Below, in pieces: positions 25,283-32,000 of a DNA stretch of 32,000 nucleotides. The translations under genes and the position numbers were made by a program. Origin of the DNA: Nostoc punctiforme PCC 73102. Its GTDB lineage: Bacteria > Cyanobacteriota > Cyanobacteriia > Cyanobacteriales > Nostocaceae. The notes below the pieces were generated by a model. It did not search any database, was not told the DNA's origin, and saw only the letters and a list, made by a program, of their open reading frames with translations. The DNA lies in NCBI RefSeq assembly GCF_000020025.1, contig NC_010628.1:5280001-5312000 (forward strand). The letters run 5' to 3'. Each line of letters starts with the position of its first letter. The stretch's first letter is position 1.

Positions 25283-25714
25283 TTACCTACGCACTTGACC
25301 ACTAAATCCAGCAGCCTTAAACTGCTTTAGCTTCAACGGAGTCGGTTGATTTGCTGGTACAGTAATTCTCAGTTGAAAATCGCTAATCCCTGGCGGCACT
25401 TCAGTAATAGAACCTAATCGAGTGCGGTTTTGCATCACTGAGTCATTGTTGGCATCATAGATGCGTCCAAAAATATCTGCGTCGTAGACTGTTTTGTTAG
25501 TGCCATTTTCTGCTTTGCCAATGACAATAAAACAATTGGCAGCCGCACTACCACTACTTATAACAGCCCCTTGTGCCAGTTCTGGTGGACAATCTTTATA
25601 AGAAACATCAAATAATTTAATCTGTGTCAAAGCTATAGCAGGGGGAGTAATCACCCACGATAGCAAGGCGATGAGACAGGAAATAAAAACGACCGTGAGT
25701 GACCGCAACCGCAT
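25283..25714 (-). CDS. Exported hypothetical protein
   Basis: 143 aa. Signal peptide is MRLRSLTVVFISCLIALLSWVITPPAIA. The mature part is beta-rich with two Cys. No family that I can name. Confidence 0.65.
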   Translation of the reverse strand: MRLRSLTVVFISCLIALLSWVITPPAIALTQIKLFDVSYKDCPPELAQGAVISSGSAAANCFIVIGKAENGTNKTVYDADIFGRIYDANNDSVMQNRTRLGSITEVPPGISDFQLRITVPANQPTPLKLKQFKAAGFSGQVRR

Positions 25715-25931
25715 ACAAGACCCCGTTACTTAATCCAAAAATATGTAACTTATAACCTCAGCTTACCTGAATTTAAGTACAACAGGATTGAAGACTTTAA
25801 TTTAACCTTTTGTACCCACTCTTATCAGAGGTAGGATTCTTGTGATATCCGCATAGGAGTCATCAAAACTCCCCTACACACTCTAGAAAAAGTAATAATT
25901 AGGGAAATAAACCCTCAATTGCGATTAACTT

Positions 25932-26555
25932 ATGACACCAGATGAGATTGAAGCATCTATGCTCGCAGCCTTTAATGATTGTGATGCAGCAAGCTGTCCT
26001 CTCACTGACACGCAGAAACAGATTTTACTGCAAGTGGTCGAGCAAATTCAGGGGAATTCTACCTCTAAGGCATCAGATATTGCTAATCCTTTAGACGAAC
26101 TTACACCAGAGGAGTTAGAAGCATTTTTACAGTTTGTTAAAGATGAAGAACAGCGCAACCGCACTTGGAAAGTGCAATTACTTAATGACTGGCTGCTAGA
26201 AAATGACTCTGGAACAGTACAATTTATCCGGGAACGCTATGGTTTACAGTGGCTGAACCGTGTTGAGTCATGCCATTTTGATAAGTATTCTTATTTTGAG
26301 GATGCACTAAAGTTAAGAGTAGGCGATCGCATTGAAGTTTCCAATGCACTATGGGAATGGGTGCAAAAAGATGGGCCTTGTAAGCGCGAATGGTTTCCTT
26401 GTATGGTGATTAAGGTCGAGGAAATTAGCAACGGTGATGATTCCTCTACTAACTGCGTCGTCCGCTTCTTCAACGGCGCTGAGTATGAAATTCAAGGAAT
26501 CTACGAATGGAATCGCTATAACTGGCGTTGGCCGCAGAAGAGGAGTGCTGAGTAA
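25932..26555 (+). CDS. Conserved hypothetical cytoplasmic protein with an acidic N-terminal half and a Trp-rich C-terminal SH3/Tudor-like region
   Basis: 207 aa with an ATG start. The C-terminal segment LKLRVGDRIEV..WFPCMVIKVEE..VVRFFNGAEYEIQG resembles small beta-barrel (Tudor/SH3-like) folds, by inference only. Its 3' 260 nt is duplicated in decayed form at 27988-28245. Confidence 0.65.
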   Translation: MTPDEIEASMLAAFNDCDAASCPLTDTQKQILLQVVEQIQGNSTSKASDIANPLDELTPEELEAFLQFVKDEEQRNRTWKVQLLNDWLLENDSGTVQFIRERYGLQWLNRVESCHFDKYSYFEDALKLRVGDRIEVSNALWEWVQKDGPCKREWFPCMVIKVEEISNGDDSSTNCVVRFFNGAEYEIQGIYEWNRYNWRWPQKRSAE

Positions 26556-26558
26556 ATC

Positions 26559-26663
26559 TTATTGAGTCTTTGATACTCGTTAATGAGCCTTTGAACTCCA
26601 TTAATGAGCCTTTGAACTCCGTTAATGAGCCTTTGAACTCCGTTAACGAGTCTTTATGCTCTT
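26559..26663. repeat. Tandem array of five 21-nt units (consensus TTAATGAGCCTTTGAACTCCG)
   Basis: Units lie at 26559, 26580, 26601, 26622 and 26643. The three inner units are identical apart from one base. The two outer units are degenerate (TTATTGAGTCTTTGATACTCG; TTAACGAGTCTTTATGCTCTT). The array starts 4 nt after the stop codon at 26553-26555. Confidence 0.9.
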
Positions 26664-26686
26664 ATTGATGCTGTACGTTGATGAAA

Positions 26687-27889
26687 TTATTTCTTGAACA
26701 AAGCCCAAGCTAAAAACCTCTCGGTATTATATAACGCTAATTGATTGCTCACACCGTTGAAAACTGCATCAAAAGCGTGTTCTGCCCAAGGAATTTGTAG
26801 AAAAACCGCAGTATTGCCAGAGTTATGTAACCTTTCATACATTTGTCTGCCAAATCGTGCTTCCACCAAATGGTCACGACTGCCGTAAATTAATAAAGTT
26901 GGTGGTAAAGGGTGCGTCAAGTAATTTATGGGTGAAGCAATTTTATACTGATTAGGCAATTCTTCTAATGAACCACCGAGAAATGCCTTTAAAACAGCGC
27001 GGGTGTTGATAGGATCGGGAACTGGTGGCGTTTTGTATCCTTCAGGCAAGTTAACAGGCCCGTAATAGTTAATTACAGCCCGAATGGGTGGTGCATCTGG
27101 TTGATAAGCCGCTAGCATTGCTAGGTGCGCTCCCGCAGAACGTCCTATAAGCACCATACGTTCTGGATCGGCTTCATAAGTTGCTGCATTTTTGCGAATA
27201 AAATTTAAGGCTGTACGCACATCATCTAACTGAGTTGGAAACTGATATTTAGGTGCGTGTCGATAGTCGATCGCAAATACTGTATATCCCTGATGAGCGA
27301 TATATTGATTAAACTCAGAATTGGCCTGAGGGTTTCCATATTGCCAAGCTCCACCATAAATTACTACCACTGCTGGATATTTCCCTACCTGTGGGGGCTG
27401 GTAAACTTCCATTTTTAAAGGCATTACCGCAGGAGAAGCAAAAAGAATATCTTTTTGATGACGAGTTTTTCCTAATTGAATACCCCCGAAAAAATTAACT
27501 AAGTTAAAGGGATGAGTTTGCATTTTAGCCCTTACTTGGACTGGAATCTGCTCTAGATAGTCTGTTCCCAAACCTTGCTTCATTGCTTTATCCATCTGCA
27601 TTTGAGTTAGGGGAATATTCGCCAGCACCCATGCACAAATTAGCAATCCTATTGAACTAAAAATGGAAGTTAAACGCCGTATTCTATAGCGACGGATGCA
27701 GAGAAAAGAAAGCAATAAAGAGAATAAATTTAATAACAATAACCAAGGACTGACTTCTGGCGCTCCTACTGCTAGCGTGAGTAAAGACATATTTGGAGCC
27801 GGAAGAAGAATCCAAGAACTGAGAAACAGACTTGTAAAACTTAGTAAGAATACAAGCCATGAAAAAACTATTTTGGGGTTAAGAAACAT
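26687..27889 (-). CDS. Membrane-anchored alpha/beta hydrolase (esterase/lipase, Abhydrolase_3-like)
   Basis: 400 aa. The N-terminal 100 aa contains about 3 TM segments. The oxyanion region is VVVIYGGAWQYG. The nucleophile elbow is LIGRSAGAHLA (G-x-S-x-G). A late acidic/His pair (SRDHLV, WAEHAF) is compatible with a catalytic triad. Confidence 0.8.
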   Translation of the reverse strand: MFLNPKIVFSWLVFLLSFTSLFLSSWILLPAPNMSLLTLAVGAPEVSPWLLLLNLFSLLLSFLCIRRYRIRRLTSIFSSIGLLICAWVLANIPLTQMQMDKAMKQGLGTDYLEQIPVQVRAKMQTHPFNLVNFFGGIQLGKTRHQKDILFASPAVMPLKMEVYQPPQVGKYPAVVVIYGGAWQYGNPQANSEFNQYIAHQGYTVFAIDYRHAPKYQFPTQLDDVRTALNFIRKNAATYEADPERMVLIGRSAGAHLAMLAAYQPDAPPIRAVINYYGPVNLPEGYKTPPVPDPINTRAVLKAFLGGSLEELPNQYKIASPINYLTHPLPPTLLIYGSRDHLVEARFGRQMYERLHNSGNTAVFLQIPWAEHAFDAVFNGVSNQLALYNTERFLAWALFKK

Positions 27890-27987
27890 ATATCAAATAG
27901 CAGTAATAACGACTCGAAAAAAGTACACTTTATCTGCCAACGCTGCGGTTTCAATAGTTAAATCATGTCGAATCATATTACTTTTAC

Positions 27988-28245
27988 TTTGAGGATGTAC
28001 TAAAGCTGAGATTAGGCGATCGCATTCAAGTTTTTAATGCAGTGTAGGAATGAGTACTATAAGATGAACCCTTTGGGCGGGAATGGTTTGCCTGAATGTT
28101 TCTTCAGGTTACTGAAATTAGCGATCGCGATGGTTCCTCTATCAATTGCCTCGTCTGCTTATACAACGGCGCTGAGTAAGGAATTCAAGGCATCTACGAA
28201 TAAAATCACTACAATTAGTGCTGGTTGCAGAAGTAGTGAGGGCAT
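27988..28245 (+). pseudogene. Decayed duplicate of the 3' end of gene 25932-26555
   Basis: By-eye alignment with 26295-26552. Shared blocks are TTTGAGGATG(c/t)ACTAAAG, TAGGCGATCGCATT, GAATGGTTT, GAAATTAGC, TTCCTCTA, CAACGGCGCTGAGTA, GAATTCAAGG, ATCTACGAAT and GCAGAAG. I estimate roughly 70 percent identity. In-frame stops are present (TAG at about 28036 and others). Confidence 0.7.
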
Positions 28246-28308
28246 GATCTTAACGAATAATTATTAAAAAGTACATCCTTTGCCCTTCACAATTTTTTCT
28301 GAGTGCTG

Positions 28309-28794
28309 CTAATCCCTAATGATTTCAATTCTAAGATTGGGTAATCCTTCTACTGTGCTAAGGTCGGTAACGTCTGTATCTCCTATAAATAATTCCGTAA
28401 GATTAGGAAGGTTAGCAAGTGGACTAAGGTCGCTGATAGGTGTATTTGGATGGAATAAACTATTACGTTCAAATGGCATTTCCAATGTACCTAAATATAG
28501 TTTACGTAAGTTTTTAAGATTAACAAGAGGACTGAAATCACTAATCTCATCTTCAAGAATATTTAAGCTTTCTAAATTAGTAAGGTTAGTTAGTAAACCT
28601 AAATCGCTGATACCTATTGTCACTAGACTAAGAGTAGTAAGCTGAGTCAGGGTCTTTAGAAATTGACAATCTATAGCTTTATTTTTATTAAAAATTCCCA
28701 AGCTAACTAAATTTGACATCTTCACTAAAGGACTCAAATCTCTTATTTCAGTTTGATCTAAAATAAGGCTAGAGAGACTAGAAAGATTGCACAA
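28309..28794 (-). CDS. Leucine-rich repeat (LRR) protein, probably a 5'-truncated gene remnant
   Basis: About seven 22-residue LRRs of the LxxLxxLxLxxxxIxDLSPL type (LSSLILDQTEIRDLSPLVKMSNL; LESLNILEDEISDFSPLVNLKNL; LTELFIGDTDVTDLSTVEGLPNL). The track start is TTG. The frame stays open with LRR-like sequence up to 28866 and contains no ATG or GTG. Confidence 0.6.
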   Translation of the reverse strand: MCNLSSLSSLILDQTEIRDLSPLVKMSNLVSLGIFNKNKAIDCQFLKTLTQLTTLSLVTIGISDLGLLTNLTNLESLNILEDEISDFSPLVNLKNLRKLYLGTLEMPFERNSLFHPNTPISDLSPLANLPNLTELFIGDTDVTDLSTVEGLPNLRIEIIRD

Positions 28795-29295
28795 TTGGCT
28801 AATGTCATTAATTTTAATACCACTTAAGTCTAGATAAGTCAGATTAGAAAGAAACCATAAGTATAATTACAAAATATTATTTAATTTTCAATGTAATTTA
28901 TACAAAGCTGAATTAAACTTTTTTCGCCATAACTTAAGAACAAATTAAGCAATACGATGTGTTATTTATTGCTGGGCAACGACATAGCACTAAAATGCAG
29001 ACCCAAACTAAGGTATGGTTTTGGAAAGTAAATTAATACTTGATGGATAATATTTATCCAAGTGGTGATGCCTATAGACAAGTCGCTTCTCTACAAGACG
29101 CTGTGCGGAGGCATCGTCGCATTTACTCTCTGCCCAAAAGTGTACATAAACCAGAAACAGAAGTATTATTAAACACTTCTGTTGATGAAAGCACGATCAA
29201 TATTCTTACTTGAATCGTGCCCCAGCACCCAAATAATTTGGCGTAACCTGAAAGCCAGAAATGCTAGAGAAGCGGTGTATGAGTTTTGGAATACC

Positions 29296-30183
29296 TTATT
29301 TCCCTAAACCAAGTTGATTTAGTAAAGCTTGGCGCATCACTTCTACAGGTATATTTTCCTGCTGCAACCAAATTTTTAATGCTGCTACCCCTTGCTGGAC
29401 TAGCATTTCTAAGCCATCGATCGCAATTGCACCTTGTTTTTGAGCAAGCTCTAGAAATTGCGTCGGTTTAGGGATATATATTAAATCGTAAGCGATCGCA
29501 CCCGTTGGTAAATTCGCTATTTCCTCTATACTCAAAGGCGACTCATCAACCTTGGGATACATCCCTATGGGGGTTGTGTTTACCAGCAGATTAGCTTGGG
29601 GAATTAGCTTTGAAAGTTCCTCCCATTGGTGAACTTGCAAATTTTCACTTATAGGTGAATTGCTCCAACTATCGCGGAATTCTTGTAATCTCTGCACATT
29701 CCGCCCAACAACATGAATTTTGGCAAAACCTAGTTGGTGACAACCTGCTACAACTGCTCTCGCTGCGCCACCATTACCTAAAATTACCGCTACCTTCTGA
29801 CTCCAATCTTGCTTATAGGTTGTCTGCAAAGGGGCGATAAATCCTTCTATATCTGTGTTTGTCCCCACCCATTGGTTATTTTGGCGACTAACAGTATTCA
29901 CAGCCCCTATCATTTGAGCAAGAGGGGTAATTTCTGAGAGCAGGGGCATGATTGCCTGTTTGTGCGGGATTGTAACACTAAAGCCGACAACACCAATAAC
30001 GGCAAAGCCTGCGATCGCTACTTCTAAATTCTCTGGTGCTATGGGAAAGGGAAGATAAACATAATCTAATCCTAAATTAGCAATCGCAGCATTATGCATT
30101 GCTGGCGACAGCGAATGTTCTACCGGATGTCCAATTACCCCTAGCAGTTTGGTTTTACCCGTAATCAATTTGTCATTTGCCAT
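29296..30183 (-). CDS. aroE: Shikimate 5-dehydrogenase
   Basis: 295 aa. The N-terminal signature is LLGVIGHPVEHSLSPAMHNAAI. The motif SVTIPHK is present. The NADP-binding loop is ILGNGGAARAV, followed by NTTPIGM. Confidence 0.92.
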   Translation of the reverse strand: MANDKLITGKTKLLGVIGHPVEHSLSPAMHNAAIANLGLDYVYLPFPIAPENLEVAIAGFAVIGVVGFSVTIPHKQAIMPLLSEITPLAQMIGAVNTVSRQNNQWVGTNTDIEGFIAPLQTTYKQDWSQKVAVILGNGGAARAVVAGCHQLGFAKIHVVGRNVQRLQEFRDSWSNSPISENLQVHQWEELSKLIPQANLLVNTTPIGMYPKVDESPLSIEEIANLPTGAIAYDLIYIPKPTQFLELAQKQGAIAIDGLEMLVQQGVAALKIWLQQENIPVEVMRQALLNQLGLGK

Positions 30184-30188
30184 TTGTC
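30168..30188. repeat. Heptamer array, 3 units (ATTTGTC ATTTGCC ATTTGTC), containing the aroE start codon
   Basis: Read directly. The aroE ATG is the complement of 30181-30183, inside the second and third units. The encoded N-terminus is MANDKL. Confidence 0.8.
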
Positions 30189-30273
30189 AATAAATCAGTA
30201 GTGATTTTTCCCTGCTCAATTCTTATAACGCAAGGATTCCAGTCTTTATTATCACTACATATTTACCAAATTC

Positions 30274-30426
30274 TTACACATCACGGGCTTTGAAAAAATT
30301 GTAAATGGCAAGCGCAATAGCTATAAGTAATACTGCATGAATTAAATTTCCAGCAATATGAAGTACTAATCCTAATGCCCAAAAAGCAACCAGTACAACA
30401 ACAATACCCCAAAGTATACCTAACAT
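30274..30426 (-). CDS. Small hydrophobic membrane protein, lmo0937-family-like (50 aa, below the ORF-track cutoff)
   Basis: Hand translation of the minus strand from ATG (complement of 30424-30426): MLGILWGIVVVLVAFWALGLVLHIAGNLIHAVLLIAIALAIYNFFKARDV, with stop TAA at the complement of 30274-30276. Two TM helices and a basic tail match the pattern of the widespread lmo0937-type peptides as I recall them. Confidence 0.6.
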   Translation of the reverse strand: MLGILWGIVVVLVAFWALGLVLHIAGNLIHAVLLIAIALAIYNFFKARDV

Positions 30427-30614
30427 ATATTTACTTTTAGGAAAGTGATTTTTATTTGTTCACATATTTTATCGTCTAACTTGAGTTTTATCCTATTTAC
30501 CTTAAGATAGATTGGGAAATTCAAATCATCTTTCTTAAGAAGTAATTTGAAAGCATTTATTGTTTTTGAATAGCTAGATTTATATACTTATACCATACAT
30601 ACAGGAGCAGCACT

Positions 30615-30637
30615 TTCAAAATTCAAAATTCAAAATT
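30615..30637. repeat. Heptamer tandem repeat (TTCAAAA x3)
   Basis: Read directly in the aroE / hydrolase intergenic region. Confidence 0.8.
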
Positions 30638-30684
30638 ACAATCCCCATAAATAATTTTAGGCGCTTGTATCCTTTTCTTCTCAG

Positions 30685-30719
30685 GTCAAGGCTCAAGGGT
30701 CAAAAGTCAAAAGCTAACC
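30685..30719. repeat. Degenerate heptamer array, 5 units (GTCAAGG CTCAAGG GTCAAAA GTCAAAA GCTAACC)
   Basis: Read directly, about 50 nt upstream of the ATG at 30770. Confidence 0.7.
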
Positions 30720-30769
30720 CTCTGCTCTACACTACAATTATTAAAAGCTACTTAACAATTCTTTGAATC

Positions 30770-31708
30770 ATGCAGGCAACTACAGCCCCCTCTACAACCC
30801 CAATTCCTGGTAAATATTGGCAGTGGCGCGGGCACAACGTTTACTATGTGCGTGCGGGAGAGAAGCAAGCGCAACGTCCGCCGTTGCTTTTGGTACATGG
30901 ATTTGGTGCTTCCACAGACCACTGGCGCAAGAATATCACCGGATTGTGTCAAGATTTTGAAGTATTTGCGATCGATCTTTTAGGATTTGGGCGATCGGCA
31001 AAACCAAAATTGCAGTACAGTGGCGACTTGTGGCGCAACCAACTCCATGATTTTATCAGTGAAGTAATTGGTCAAAAAGCAGTATTAGCGGGTAATTCCC
31101 TTGGTGGCTACGCTGGCTTGTGTGTTGCAGCACAGCGTCCTGACAGTGCTGCTGGTTTAGTTTTGCTCAATAGCGCCGGGCCTTTTAGCGAAAGGCAGCC
31201 TACATCTGAGCCTGAAGCTTTACAATCAGAAATTCAGGTTCCCAAACAATCGGCTAATTTGCAAAAACTTCTTGGTGACGGCACTAAGTGGATTTTTCAA
31301 CAACCTTTAGCGCAGTTTTTGTTATTTCAGTACGTGCGACAACGTTGGGTAATTCGCCAAACTCTAGAAAAAGTTTATCTTGACAAGAGTGCCATTACAG
31401 ACCAATTAATAGAAGAAATTTCTCGCCCTGCTTACGATCCTGGTGCGTTGGATGTCTTTGTTTCAGTCTTTAGCACTCCTCAAGGGGAAAAAGTTGATGT
31501 GCTACTAAAGCAATTAACTTGTCCTCTATTAATGTTGTGGGGAGAAGCTGACCCTTGGATGAATGCTAGAGAACGTTCTCAAAAATTTCGTCAATATTAT
31601 CCTGAACTCAGGGAACACTTTTTAACAGCCGGTCATTGTCCCCATGATGAAGTACCGGATAGAGTAAATCAACTTTTAGGCGATTGGGTTTTATCTATCA
31701 ACAATTAA
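30770..31708 (+). CDS. Alpha/beta-fold hydrolase
   Basis: 312 aa. Motifs are PLLLVHGFGASTDHWR (HG oxyanion motif), the nucleophile elbow LAGNSLGGY, and the C-terminal GHCPHDEVP (catalytic His region). Confidence 0.85.
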   Translation: MQATTAPSTTPIPGKYWQWRGHNVYYVRAGEKQAQRPPLLLVHGFGASTDHWRKNITGLCQDFEVFAIDLLGFGRSAKPKLQYSGDLWRNQLHDFISEVIGQKAVLAGNSLGGYAGLCVAAQRPDSAAGLVLLNSAGPFSERQPTSEPEALQSEIQVPKQSANLQKLLGDGTKWIFQQPLAQFLLFQYVRQRWVIRQTLEKVYLDKSAITDQLIEEISRPAYDPGALDVFVSVFSTPQGEKVDVLLKQLTCPLLMLWGEADPWMNARERSQKFRQYYPELREHFLTAGHCPHDEVPDRVNQLLGDWVLSINN

Positions 31709-31851
31709 TACTAACCTCTCACTGTCTTGAACTTTATTAAAGTCTGTCCCTCTGAGATTCCGAGAAGGATAGATTTTAGATAGTCAAACCAGGGAGAGGT
31801 CTTTTTATCTTTGGGAAAGTTTGCAACGAACTGGCTCCCCTTCTTCCTTAT

Positions 31852-32000
31852 TTAAAACAATCCCTCCGATTCAGCGAATTTCCGCAAACGTGGTATACAT
31901 TGGCGCTGATAAAAACTGCTTAACGTCGGAATTGACAAGCTAAACTCCTCAGATAATTCTTTCCAGCTAACTTCAGGGGGTAGGCGTTTAAGAATTAACA
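31852..32000 (-). CDS. C-terminal end of a gene entering from beyond the window; an HTH-like (sigma-70 region-4-like) segment
   Basis: Hand translation of the minus strand: ..LILKRLPPEVSWKELSEEFSLSIPTLSSFYQRQCIPRLRKFAESEGLF, with stop TAA at the complement of 31852-31854. The pattern xxELSEEFxLSxxTLxS resembles a DNA-binding HTH. It is only 49 codons long, so the call is tentative. Confidence 0.4.
   Translation of the reverse strand, partial: LILKRLPPEVSWKELSEEFSLSIPTLSSFYQRQCIPRLRKFAESEGLF

Noticed and set aside
26291-26473. ORF 26291-26473 (-)
   Set aside because: It is antisense within gene 25932-26555.
26559-26663. The 21-nt tandem array considered as a CRISPR array
   Set aside because: The units are directly contiguous with no spacers, and no cas genes are nearby. 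It is a simple tandem repeat.
27696-28267. ORFs 27696-27992 (+) and 28037-28267 (+)
   Set aside because: The first is antisense to the esterase N-terminus. The second is a chance frame through the decayed duplicate of the 25932-26555 3' end and does not preserve the parental reading frame.
28319-28645. ORF 28319-28645 (+) antisense to the LRR gene
   Set aside because: Periodic LRR coding sequence gives open antisense frames. The minus-strand translation shows the canonical LRR consensus, and the plus-strand one does not.
29043-29213. 56-codon ORF MDNIYPSGDAYRQVASLQDAVRRHRR...
   Set aside because: It runs through hairpin and repeat-like sequence downstream of aroE and has no SD. It is probably an artefact of the repeat element.
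29286-29840. ORFs 29286-29471 and 29655-29840 (+) within aroE
   Set aside because: They are antisense to a confidently identified aroE gene.
30752-30952. ORF 30752-30952 (-)
   Set aside because: It is antisense to the 5' end of the alpha/beta hydrolase gene.

Overview
This window looks like chromosomal DNA from a filamentous Nostoc/Anabaena-type cyanobacterium. The evidence is very frequent HIP1 octamers (GCGATCGC), STRR-like heptamer arrays in intergenic regions, and the gene content. No rRNA, tRNA or CRISPR array was recognised.

Most genes are ordinary core functions:
- a partial SLH/fasciclin exported protein
- a 1105-aa multi-PAS hybrid histidine kinase
- an OmpR-type regulator, PhoR-like kinase and PhoU operon
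- a Crp-family regulator followed by an SLH/OprB porin
- crtH, upp, ycf19/yggT and aroE
- two alpha/beta hydrolases

Regions that stand out:
1. Two tandem paralogous coiled-coil-rich proteins (6443-8607) lie divergent from the Pho operon. From recalled synteny with Anabaena PCC 7120 they are probably ZicK/ZacK-type heteropolymer cytoskeletal proteins.
2. A visibly AT-rich segment (about 12.0-14.6 kb) carries a GT-C-like polytopic membrane protein and a decayed IS630-type transposase remnant. It sits beside a GT2-GtrA fusion gene and looks like an inserted surface-glycosylation module.
3. A membrane-anchored esterase gene is flanked by the 3' end of a conserved hypothetical gene, a decayed second copy of that same 3' end, and a 5-unit 21-nt tandem array.
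4. Heptamer repeat arrays physically contain the start codons of crtH and aroE.
5. An LRR gene is apparently 5'-truncated.
6. A strong orphan intrinsic terminator in a 690-nt gene-free gap suggests an sRNA.
7. Three genes missed by the ORF track were found by hand translation: two small ones (a 50-aa lmo0937-like membrane peptide and a 38-aa basic peptide) and a partial gene at the window edge.

All homology statements come from motif recognition by eye. No alignments or GC statistics were computed.
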